Below are positions 8,330 to 17,161 of a DNA stretch of 64,000 nucleotides, in pieces. The stretch covers positions 30,378 to 94,377 of the forward strand of contig CBDDDG010000016.1 of assembly GCA_965226555.1 (NCBI GenBank), in the 5' to 3' direction. Numbering within the stretch: position 1 is the first letter of the stretch; each line of letters begins with the position of its first letter. Source of the DNA: Salinispira sp. GTDB lineage: Bacteria; Spirochaetota; Spirochaetia; DSM-27196; Salinispiraceae. Below the pieces are notes generated by a model. That model worked only from the letters and a program-made list of their open reading frames with translations. It was not told the origin of the DNA and did no database searches. Made by a program: the position numbers and the translations under genes.

Positions 8330-10264
8330 TTACATGCTCTCAAGAAAGGGAATGTTGAGCAGGAAGAAACCTTCCTTTAACACTTCCCGAACTGCCCAGG
8401 CAATATACAGGCGGGCATCTCGAAGTTCGGGGCGGGGGCAGTTAAGAATTGGATAATCATGATAGAAACGGGAAAAGGTTTTTCCAAGTTCGTAAAGGGC
8501 AGATGTGATAATTGACGGATCGTATTTTCTGCCGGACTGTTCGACAATATCCGGAAAACGGGCAATGGTCTTTATGAGTTCCCACTCAATATCAGCGTTC
8601 AGAAGCTCCCAGTTGATCGTCTCGGGGGGCGGCAGCTCGGAGCGGTGCTTGCGGTATTTGCGGAAAATACTGGAAATACGGGCGCCCACATATTGCAGAT
8701 AGGGGCCGCTGTTGCCGGTGAATGAAATGGAATCCTCCTGTCGGAATATCATGTCCTTCGATGGAGAAACCTGGAGCAGGTAGAAGTTTACCGCAGCCAG
8801 CGCAACCGATTCGGCAATATGTTCAGGATCGGGTGGCGGCGCGGGGTTAGATGGCGGCTCGGGGGTTGCGGGGTCGGGGTCGGTTGGCGGCGCGGGGTTG
8901 GATGGCGGCACGGGGTCGGCTGGCAGCACGGGATCGGTTGGCGGCACGGGATCGGTTGGCGGCACGGCGGTAGGGGTTTTTTCGCGGATTTGGGCGCGGG
9001 CGAGGCGGTGGAGGGTGTTGAGGAGGTCATCGGCATCGACAACGGTGCCCTCGCGGCTTTTCATTCTGCCATCGGGCAGGTTCACCATGCCGTAGGAAAC
9101 ATGGCGGAGGTTCTGCGCCCAGGCGAGGCCGAGCATTCCCAGTACATGAAAAAGTACCTGAAAATGATAGTTTTGTTCGTTTGCCACCACATAGAACATA
9201 CGGTCAAAGGGCCAATCTCCATGCCGGGCAATGGCAGTGCCAATGTCCTGAGTAATGTAGACACTGGTTCCATCGCTGCGGAGCAGCACCTTGTCATCAA
9301 GTCCGATATCGCTGAGATCGACCCGAATTGTACCCTTCTCATCTTTGTAAAACAGCCCCTGCTCCAGACCGCGCAGCACACATTCCCGACCAACGGCATA
9401 TGTATCACTTTCATAATACAGTGTGTCGAAACGTATCCCGATGCGCCGATATGTTTCAAGCAAGCCCTCCATGGCCCAGGCATTCATGGTTTTCCAGAGT
9501 TTCACGGTTTCCTCATCGCCTGCTTCCCAGCGCCTGAGCATATCCTGCGCCCGCTGTTCTGCTTCGGGATCTTTCCGAGCTATTTCATTGAACGTGATAT
9601 AGTATGTACCGACAAAATGATCGGGCTTCATTCCCGCATCTTCAGGGCTTCGGCCTCCCCCTTCTTCCTGATATGCCAGCATTGACTTGCAGATGTGGAT
9701 GCCTCGGTCATTAATAAGGTTCACTGTATGAACTTCAGCTCCGTTTGCTCTGAGAATGCGGGCCAGCGACTCACCGAGGGCATTGTTTCGCAGATGCCCG
9801 AGATGAAGTGGTTTGTTGGTATTCGGAGAAGAAAATTCAATAATTATTTTTTCACCCGCATAATTGCTGTTTGCGCCGTATGCAGGCTGCTTTTCTGAGT
9901 GTGTTTCTCCTGCTGATGCATGCTCTCCCTGCGGAGCTCCCCGCATTTCCATGAGAGTTTTTATCACACGGTCGGTGTATGCAGCGCGTTTATAGTGAAT
10001 GTTGATATAGGGACCTGCTGCAGCGGCATCAATGTTTCGGAAAACAAGATGCGGAAGCAGCTTCTCTGCTATTATTTTGGGAGACATTCGGAGGACTTTT
10101 GCAAAAGGGAACATCGGAAAGGAGATATCGCCCAATTCAGCTCGGGGGGGTATTTCAATCTGCAGCCGTATTTCTGAAAGATCAGGCTGAAGTCCCTCTT
10201 CCAGCGCAAGTGCTCCTACTGCTTCAAGAATTTTTCCAGAAAGCATTTCTCGAAATGTTTTCAC
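8330..10264 (-). CDS. argS: Arginine--tRNA ligase with Pro-rich insertion
   Basis: IEFSSPNTNKPLHLGHLRN (HIGH), RMKSREG, GNSGPYLQY, DALR-type C-terminus. Confidence 0.95.
   Translation of the reverse strand: MKTFREMLSGKILEAVGALALEEGLQPDLSEIRLQIEIPPRAELGDISFPMFPFAKVLRMSPKIIAEKLLPHLVFRNIDAAAAGPYINIHYKRAAYTDRVIKTLMEMRGAPQGEHASAGETHSEKQPAYGANSNYAGEKIIIEFSSPNTNKPLHLGHLRNNALGESLARILRANGAEVHTVNLINDRGIHICKSMLAYQEEGGGRSPEDAGMKPDHFVGTYYITFNEIARKDPEAEQRAQDMLRRWEAGDEETVKLWKTMNAWAMEGLLETYRRIGIRFDTLYYESDTYAVGRECVLRGLEQGLFYKDEKGTIRVDLSDIGLDDKVLLRSDGTSVYITQDIGTAIARHGDWPFDRMFYVVANEQNYHFQVLFHVLGMLGLAWAQNLRHVSYGMVNLPDGRMKSREGTVVDADDLLNTLHRLARAQIREKTPTAVPPTDPVPPTDPVLPADPVPPSNPAPPTDPDPATPEPPSNPAPPPDPEHIAESVALAAVNFYLLQVSPSKDMIFRQEDSISFTGNSGPYLQYVGARISSIFRKYRKHRSELPPPETINWELLNADIEWELIKTIARFPDIVEQSGRKYDPSIITSALYELGKTFSRFYHDYPILNCPRPELRDARLYIAWAVREVLKEGFFLLNIPFLESM
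8825..8975 (-). repeat. In-frame 18-bp-unit minisatellite inside argS (PPTDPV/PPSNPA)
   Basis: Degenerate tandem units CCGCCAACCGATCCCGTG on the minus strand. Confidence 0.85.
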
Positions 10265-10275
10265 AGCCCCTTCCC

Positions 10276-10587
10276 TTATTCACTTTCCTTAAACAGGGTG
10301 TAGGCATAGATTTTCAGGCTATTACTATCTGCCGCCCACATTATCGTCCCGTTTGACCAGATGCCTTGGGGGAAAACATTCAAGGGATCCAGAACATTGA
10401 AATCCTGACTGCTGTTACGGGAAGGAGCAAATTCCAGTTTTGCGGGTTCCTCATCACCAGGGCCGCCTCCATTTCCGGGATCATCCACGTCTGGAGTCGG
10501 ACATCCGCTGAGCGTCAGCATGGTAACGATGAGGGTAATTATCAATGTGAAAAAAACAGAAGTCATATAATGCCGTCTGAAAATCAT
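10276..10587 (-). CDS. Small lipoprotein with a single beta-propeller-like blade (probably truncated)
   Basis: SD AAGGAG before ATG at 10587; lipobox LSGC; one unit RNSSQDFN...PQGIWSNGTIMWAADS...KIYAY. Confidence 0.6.
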   Translation of the reverse strand: MIFRRHYMTSVFFTLIITLIVTMLTLSGCPTPDVDDPGNGGGPGDEEPAKLEFAPSRNSSQDFNVLDPLNVFPQGIWSNGTIMWAADSNSLKIYAYTLFKESE

Positions 10588-10637
10588 GTACATTCTCCTT
10601 ATTGGCGCGCTGCGCCTCGTGTATATCACAAGGGTGA

Positions 10638-10976
10638 TTATCCGGTAGTCGCGTTCCGCACTGTTCGCATTTCCTCATCGCTCAGCCCGGTAACATCCTG
10701 AATGTCATGGGCTGAAAATCCTTTGGAAAACATACTGCGGGCGTTTTTTCTCCGCTCCTCAATATGCCCCTCAGCACGACCTGCCTGTAGCCCCTTCTGA
10801 AGTCCTTCTTCACGACCTGTCTGCAATCCTTCTTCACGACCTGTTCGCAGTCCTTTCAGAATACCTTTCTCAATGCCCTCAGCCCGGCCCTTTGTGATAC
10901 CCTGCTCAAGACCCTCAATCCGGCCCTTCGCAATGCCTTCCCTGACGAAGGCGTTGGTAATATTATATGTCCGCAT
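10638..10976 (-). CDS. Candidate intragenic Rpn small C-terminal protein (RpnS-like), 112 aa
   Basis: AGGAG-N8-ATG (MRTYNITNAFVREG...); EGxxxG repeats and HTH-like tail; intact. Confidence 0.65.
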   Translation of the reverse strand: MRTYNITNAFVREGIAKGRIEGLEQGITKGRAEGIEKGILKGLRTGREEGLQTGREEGLQKGLQAGRAEGHIEERRKNARSMFSKGFSAHDIQDVTGLSDEEMRTVRNATTG

Positions 10977-10990
10977 ACTGTTTTCTCCTA

Positions 10991-11120
10991 CTGAAACTTT
11001 TGCATTGGAAAATTGTGCAGAGCACAATTTCCAGTAGCAAAAGTTTCACATTTGGCAGGCCTCGTTGCGCTTGGCATTCTCTCATTTTGTAGAAAGTTTT
11101 GCCTGCGGCAAAACTTTGTC
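10991..11120. repeat. Family A modular hairpin repeat (nested form)
   Basis: GAAAATTGTGCAGAGCACAATTTCC nested inside TGAAACTTTTGC...GCAAAAGTTTCA, plus AAAGTTTTGCCTGCGGCAAAACTTT. Confidence 0.85.
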
Positions 11121-11275
11121 TAGGATACAGTTCCCTGTCAATTTTCTCAAACTGCTCATACAGTCCCAAATCTTTCAGATAGCCTAGCACACTCTCTGCC
11201 AGATCAGTAAAGTCTTGTGAAGACAGACCGTTCAGGAGCTGCGCAATTTCTTTCAGCCCCTCAGTGTCCATTTCA

Positions 11276-11378
11276 CTGAAAATTGTGCTCTGCACAATTT
11301 TCAAATGAGGATTCTCTCATCTATACTCTTGATTCTCTCAAGGTATAGAAAGTTTTTCCTAAAGGAAAAACTTTGTTA
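11276..11378. repeat. Family A ~100-bp four-hairpin element (A-B-C-D)
   Basis: Near-identical to 60780-60879 and, inverted, to ~59515-59615. Confidence 0.9.
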
Positions 11379-12204
11379 TTATCTCGCATTATATACCACA
11401 ACGCAGTCGATGTATATCGTTTTTCATCGGAACGCCATGCCAACTGCTTCTTTGTCATTCGCCTCAGATCGCGCACAATGTACGATACTCTCGCCCTGAC
11501 ATCCACCGTGCCTTCGGTCATGGATTCGGAAGCAGCATTTCCATGCGAACTGTAAAATGTGAGCGGGAGGTTCCATTTATTTTTTCCGTGGTAGAACAGA
11601 AGTATATAGATAGCATCCCTTTCATTGTACACATTGCTGTTTCTGAGGGCATATTGATAGTCATCAATCTGTGTGAGAACGTGTTTGTGCAGGTAGCTTT
11701 TATGTTCAATAATGAACAGGGCCTTCCGGTCGGGGTCTGACAGGAAGGGGGCGCTGACAACGAGATCGCAGAGAAGGTTCTTTTTTCCTGCAATGTAGCT
11801 GGGGGTTTCAATGCGGATTTTGTCCATATCCAGCTTGGTAAGAGTTGTATCCTCACAGAACAACCGCAGCAGGTCGGGAATCATACGGGGGGTTCTGTAG
11901 TAGGCGATCTTGAAGGCTATGTCGTGGATATGGCCTTTGCTCTGGGATGATTTTTTCATAAACATTCCTCTTACATCTATAACGGGTAAAATGTCATTCT
12001 TGACTATGTTTTTGAAAAGAATTTTGCAAAATGTGTGAATTTTTTTCGGGAATGGGGGAAGGAGGGATGAGTGGGCAGGAATGGGGGTGAGCGTATGGTT
12101 GAATTCGCCCTGTATTATAGGGTGTATTGACGCACGCTCCCGGGAACAATGCTCCGCGCGAGGCCTTTGTAATTATTTTTATTATTTTGAGATATTACTG
12201 TTTG

Positions 12205-12325
12205 ATCAGCCCGGACGCATGGCAAGCAGCGCGGAGCGCCGACCAGCCGTCTTATCGAAAAAAGGCAGGCACGGATTTTCCCGGACGCATGGCGAGCAGG
12301 AGACGCAAGCCTCCGTCCAGCCCCC
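12205..12325. repeat. Family B repeat cluster (GACGCATGGCGAGC...CGACCAGCC)
   Basis: Two copies here; further copies at 60330-60366 and 61005-61092. Confidence 0.75.
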
Positions 12326-12382
12326 GCGCCTGCCTGAGTTGTTGAATTGCAACGTTTCAATTAGCCACTGCGGGTTATGAAA

Positions 12383-13942
12383 CTACTCATACCATGACGG
12401 CGGATTATTTTCCAAGCCGGAACCCACGAACATATTTGTTTTAGTTACGGTAGACATCAAACGACCTCCCCACGCCTCAAGATTTTGATTGAATGCGCTT
12501 GCTCCATTAAACATAATGAGCATAGTCGTTACCGAACTGACATCCCAGCCCGAGATATCGCCATTGAATGCAGTTGCCAAATTGAACATAGAGGACATAG
12601 TCGTTACCGAACTGACATTCCAGTCCGAGATATTGCCATTGAATGCACTTGCGCCATAGAACATAGAGGACATAGTCGTTACCGAACTGACATTCCAGTC
12701 CGAGATATCGCCATTGAATGCACTTGCGCTACGGAATATATTGTTCATAGTCGTTACCGAACTGACATCCCAGAGAGAGATATCGCCATTGAATGTGGTT
12801 TTTTCCTTGAAAATCTCGGACATATCCCTTACCGCAGTGGTAATAATGTAGTTGAGATCGACAGTTGGTCCCCATGCAGTTATCCCCGTATCTACCGCTG
12901 TTTTCAGTTCAGCGTTAGTAGTAGGATTCTCGGTAACATAGAAATATTCGGCAAACAGGAATGTAGCTGTATCTCCGGTTCCAGTAGTGCCATATACCAG
13001 ATATGTTCCTGCCGTTGTACCTGCGGTAACCGTAACAAGTCCGGTACTTTTATTAACTGTCGGCGGGGTGACCCCAACAGGCGTCGTTGCGGGGTTTACC
13101 GTAATGTTTCCTGAGTCATCGACCCCGTGAGTGCCCGTAATCAAATAAACGCTGAGGTTTTCACTGGCAATAATAACATTAACAGCATCTGAAAGGCTTA
13201 CAACCCTTGCCGTACCCGCAGGAGTCTGTGTCCGTAGTAGTAGCGGCCTTCCTATTGCAAATGGAGACCAAGGCCCAGCGCCAACCGCATTGACGGCGCG
13301 CATCTGTACTCCGTAGACAATGCCGTTTGTCAGGCCCGTAATGCTGTGGTATGTACCGGTGATGCCTTCGGTAATTTGTATCCATGCTCCGCCGCCTATG
13401 CGATATTGCAGCTCATACCCGGTAATGGGGCTGCCGCCGGTATCGGTTAGCGCAGTCCATGTCGCAACGATCCGCCCAGTGCCCGCATAAAGGGTTGGAG
13501 CAGCCATGGTACCCGGCGCGGCAGGGGGCGCAGTAGGTGTTGCCGTGGCAGATGCCGACCAGCCGCCAGTGCCCTGAGCGTTGACGGCACGCACCTGCAC
13601 ATCATAACTGAGACCGTTTGTCAGATCGGTAATGGTGTGGATTGTGCCGGTAATACCGGATGTGATCTCCGTCCAGCCCTCGCTGCTCATGTGACGATAG
13701 CGCAAGTGATATGTAGTAATATCGTTGTCAGCGTTGTTGAAACTCCAATTCCATGTAGCAGGATCAACCCACGATGCGGTGAGCTGTTCGCTCCCCGCTG
13801 TGAGAGTTGGAGCATACATGGCAGGCGGTGCAGTCAGCATTGGGCATGCCGCGACGAGCAATGTCAGCATGATGATAAAACCGCTCAGCACATACGCGCC
13901 GAGTGGCTTCTTGTTTTTTTGATTTTTAGCAACCATTTTCAT
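12383..13942 (-). CDS. Surface lipoprotein: 2 FN3 domains + DUF285 repeats
   Basis: SD GGAGG before ATG at 13942; lipobox VAAC; paralogue of 3165-5231 and 61183-62838. Confidence 0.9.
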   Translation of the reverse strand: MKMVAKNQKNKKPLGAYVLSGFIIMLTLLVAACPMLTAPPAMYAPTLTAGSEQLTASWVDPATWNWSFNNADNDITTYHLRYRHMSSEGWTEITSGITGTIHTITDLTNGLSYDVQVRAVNAQGTGGWSASATATPTAPPAAPGTMAAPTLYAGTGRIVATWTALTDTGGSPITGYELQYRIGGGAWIQITEGITGTYHSITGLTNGIVYGVQMRAVNAVGAGPWSPFAIGRPLLLRTQTPAGTARVVSLSDAVNVIIASENLSVYLITGTHGVDDSGNITVNPATTPVGVTPPTVNKSTGLVTVTAGTTAGTYLVYGTTGTGDTATFLFAEYFYVTENPTTNAELKTAVDTGITAWGPTVDLNYIITTAVRDMSEIFKEKTTFNGDISLWDVSSVTTMNNIFRSASAFNGDISDWNVSSVTTMSSMFYGASAFNGNISDWNVSSVTTMSSMFNLATAFNGDISGWDVSSVTTMLIMFNGASAFNQNLEAWGGRLMSTVTKTNMFVGSGLENNPPSWYE

Positions 13943-14270
13943 TAGGTCCTCCAAGAGATCATTGCGTGGCAACGGTCTCGTAAATATAAATTCAGTATAA
14001 TTGCGCTCACAAAACCTGTCAACCACAACATCCACCCTCAGAAAAATTCTGACGGCTCTCGCCGCTAGTTCTAAGGTTACTGAATAATATCACAAAGTTT
14101 TACGAAATGCAAAAGTTTCTCATATATTAATATGCATGCAGATATACGTCAACTACTCAGGATTGTGTGTGCAAATTCAATCATGCGCGGACTCGACAAT
14201 GTCCGGCAATGTGCGCATACTATGGGAGAAACTTTTTCATAAAGCCCGTGTTGCGGGTCAGAGGGATGCC

Positions 14271-15524
14271 GTGATCTACAAAATTCAGCCTGCAGCCATG
14301 TATTATTCTTGGGGGAGCAGGGAGAGAATTGAAAGAATTTTTGGAATACCGAACCCGGGCAATGATCCTGTTGCCGAGCTTTGGTACGGTACTCACGAAC
14401 GTGGAGCGAGTATTCTCATACCGGAAACACGGGGCGCCCGCGATCTGCGGCAGCTTCTCCCTACACATCAGCTTCCCTTCCTATTCAAAATTCTCTCGGC
14501 AGATGGGAGCCTCTCCATTCAGGCCCACCCGAGCAAAGGTCAGGCAGAACTGGGCTTCGAGCGTGAAAACAGACAGGGAATTGACATTGGGGCACCCGAG
14601 CGGAACTATCGGGATAGGAATCATAAGCCGGAATGTCTTGTGGCCATGGAAGATTTTTGGGCACTCAGCGGTTTCAGAAAGCCCAGTATTATCGCAGAAC
14701 ATTTTCGTATAATCGCCGGAACATCACCTCCGCCAATTCTCGAGAAACTCCTTGCAATTCTTGACGGGGGCGCGGGAAGTCCCCCTTCAAAGAGCGATAC
14801 CATACTCAGAACATTCTACTCAAGCCTTATGAGAAGTAAAAAAACGGATCAGTCGCTTCTCATGGAAACTGCTCTCAGTGAAATTTCCTCCCGCGGATGT
14901 GGCGGGAATGCTGCGCGTGGCAGGAACGGTGCAGACAGCGAAATGCAGTGGTACTGGGTCCGTGAATTACACCGGCAGTTTCCCGGCGACCCGGGATGTC
15001 TGGCGCCTCTTTATCTTAATCTTCTGAACCTGAAAAGAGGTGAGGCGCTCTTCATGAAGGCTGGTATTCTTCATGCCTATCTTCAGGGTACCGGATTAGA
15101 AATTATGGCCACCTCCGACAATGTTCTTCGGGGTGGATGCACGCAGAAGCATGTTGATGTTCCTGAGCTGCTCTCTGTTATACACTTTCATGCTGACGAT
15201 CCGACACGGCCGCTCAAATCCGCAGAGGGCTGGTATGAAAGTTTTGCGCCTGAATTCCGTATTGCAGTAATGGATGTACCGGCCGATACATTCATGGATC
15301 TGCGGGCTGCAGAAAAACTCGGAAAGGATATGGGCATTATACTTATGCTGAATGGCACAGCAGCAATCCGGTCTTCCCGGGAAGAGCTTCTTCTGAAGAC
15401 CGGTGAAGCTGCCTTTGTTGCATGCTCCAATGCAAATGATGCGGAACTCTCGGTCAGGGCGGATTCATGTGAAGCATCATTCGCTCTGGCATCGGTGAAT
15501 GGCATCGGTAAATGGCCTCGGTGA
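14271..15524 (+). CDS. manA: Mannose-6-phosphate isomerase, class I
   Basis: YSWGS, AELWYGTH, LPFLFKIL, LSIQAHP, DRNHKPE, HAYLQG, EIMATSDNVLRGG. Start placed at GTG 14271; exact start uncertain. Confidence 0.92.
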   Translation: MIYKIQPAAMYYSWGSRERIERIFGIPNPGNDPVAELWYGTHERGASILIPETRGARDLRQLLPTHQLPFLFKILSADGSLSIQAHPSKGQAELGFERENRQGIDIGAPERNYRDRNHKPECLVAMEDFWALSGFRKPSIIAEHFRIIAGTSPPPILEKLLAILDGGAGSPPSKSDTILRTFYSSLMRSKKTDQSLLMETALSEISSRGCGGNAARGRNGADSEMQWYWVRELHRQFPGDPGCLAPLYLNLLNLKRGEALFMKAGILHAYLQGTGLEIMATSDNVLRGGCTQKHVDVPELLSVIHFHADDPTRPLKSAEGWYESFAPEFRIAVMDVPADTFMDLRAAEKLGKDMGIILMLNGTAAIRSSREELLLKTGEAAFVACSNANDAELSVRADSCEASFALASVNGIGKWPR

Positions 15525-16073
15525 ATGGCGGTAATGAAAATACTTGTTGATGCCGATTCCTGCCCGGCAAGAATACGGCAGATAATTATTCGAGCCGCCG
15601 TAAAACAAAACATTCCGGCGCTTTTCGTAGCAGCGCGGCCTCTTCCGCTTCCGCGTGGCCACAAAGTACGAATGATTCAGGTTGAGGCCGGTGATGATGC
15701 GGCAGATCGGGAAATTCTCCGACTGCTTGACACTGGTGATCTTATTATTACCCGAGACATCCCCCTCACTTCCGAACTTGTTGAACGCGGCAACAGGGTT
15801 ATTAATGATCGGGGGGTTTGTTATACACAGGAAAACATCCGCCCCCTGCTCAGCCAGCGTCATTCCATGAGCAAAAATGCCCTAAACACCGCGCTCGGCA
15901 CAGGGGGTGTGACCGGAGCGCGCGGCGCAGGCAGCGGGAGCGGAACCGGCGCCCGCGGCGCAGGCATCGGGAGCGGCGAACGAAGCTTTTCCCCCCGCGA
16001 TATACATAATTTCGCTGCCGCCTTTGACCGTGAACTACAGGCATCATCAAAAGAACAGAATCGGATGGAATAA
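15525..16073 (+). CDS. YaiI/YqxD (DUF188) family protein with Gly-rich insertion
   Basis: ILVDADSCP, DAAD, DLIITRDIPL motifs; GARGAGxGSG repeated twice. Confidence 0.85.
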   Translation: MAVMKILVDADSCPARIRQIIIRAAVKQNIPALFVAARPLPLPRGHKVRMIQVEAGDDAADREILRLLDTGDLIITRDIPLTSELVERGNRVINDRGVCYTQENIRPLLSQRHSMSKNALNTALGTGGVTGARGAGSGSGTGARGAGIGSGERSFSPRDIHNFAAAFDRELQASSKEQNRME

Positions 16074-16196
16074 TCCTGAGAAATTTTTTGGTGAATTGCA
16101 CATTATTGTGGACGGGCGGAGGGAAGATTCGTATTTTTCAATATTTTCAGTAGCAAAACTTTCATATAACCTGTTACTATTCTTTTGGGGGTATAT

Positions 16197-16631
16197 ATGG
16201 CAGAACTAAAGACACGTGAAAACGATGCAAGCGTTGAAGATTTTTTGAACAGCGTGGATAATGAACGCAGGCGGCTTGACGGGCTTGCGCTCAAACAGAT
16301 CTTTGATGAAGTTACCGGAATAAACGCAAAGATGTGGGGTGATAGTATTGTCGGCTACGGAAAATATCACTATGTATCTGAACGCAGTACACAGGAAGGC
16401 AATTGGCCTCTAATTGGGTTTTCACCCCGCAAGCAAAATCTGACCCTGTACATAATGCCGAATTTCCATGATTACGGTGACCTTCTTGCGAAAATCGGCA
16501 AGTTCAAGGTGAGTAAGGGTTCCTGCATGTATATAAATAAACTCGCCGATGTTAATATTGAAGTTCTCAAGGTACTTATTGCCCGCTGTCTGGAAGATAT
16601 GAAAAGAATGTATACAATAGTATCTTCCTGA
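16197..16631 (+). CDS. DUF1801 (YdhG-like) protein
   Basis: MWGDSIVGYGKYHY, GFSPRKQNLTLY, SCMYINKL. Confidence 0.85.
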   Translation: MAELKTRENDASVEDFLNSVDNERRRLDGLALKQIFDEVTGINAKMWGDSIVGYGKYHYVSERSTQEGNWPLIGFSPRKQNLTLYIMPNFHDYGDLLAKIGKFKVSKGSCMYINKLADVNIEVLKVLIARCLEDMKRMYTIVSS

Positions 16632-16660
16632 GTACTCTCGGGGTCTATGCACGATGAATT

Positions 16661-17161
16661 GTGGGGTCTATGTACGCTGAATTGACCGGGAAAATTTTGT
16701 CATGCATTGCCTTATTGTTTTTTGGCGGAATAATATCGGCAATAGATATAAAAAGGCATATTATCAACCCCTTCAGTGCTTATGTGTATGCCGCCTTGGG
16801 AATGTTGTACTTTTTCATATATCGGAGAACGTATTCGGATTTGCTGGAAGTATTTTCTGCTTTGGTCATAATCGGGATTTACCTGCTGATTCTCAGAAAA
16901 TATATTGGCGCAGGTGATCTGAAGCTTATGGCCATTCTCTCGCTCTGGTTCCCGCTCAATACTTGGATATTCGGATTATTATATACCGGCGCTGCCGCAT
17001 TGGTATATTGGCTGGCATTAAGGCGCAGCGGGCGCTTGGGGGGCAGAAAGGGCAAGGAGCGCAGCAGAGGCAGCGGGAGCAGCGGGAGAATTGCCTTTGC
17101 GCCGTTCATTGCGCTCGGTTTTCTCAGTTCATGCCTCTTGGATATAGCTTTTGCTCTATGA
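16661..17161 (+). CDS. Prepilin peptidase (A24 family, short form)
   Basis: AIDIK and IGAGDLKL aspartate motifs, AFAPFI; multi-TM; converges on the T2SS cluster. Confidence 0.8.
   Translation: MGSMYAELTGKILSCIALLFFGGIISAIDIKRHIINPFSAYVYAALGMLYFFIYRRTYSDLLEVFSALVIIGIYLLILRKYIGAGDLKLMAILSLWFPLNTWIFGLLYTGAAALVYWLALRRSGRLGGRKGKERSRGSGSSGRIAFAPFIALGFLSSCLLDIAFAL

Larger units (their letters stand above)
10638..11965 (-). pseudogene. Rpn family (YhgA-like) recombination-promoting nuclease, split by two hairpin-repeat insertions
   Basis: HDIAFK, CDLVV, IIEHKS, LLFYHG..W motifs. Middle fragment SEMDTEGLKEIA... in another frame. C-terminal EG repeats. Breaks coincide with inserts at 11276-11378 and 10991-11120. 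Confidence 0.85.
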
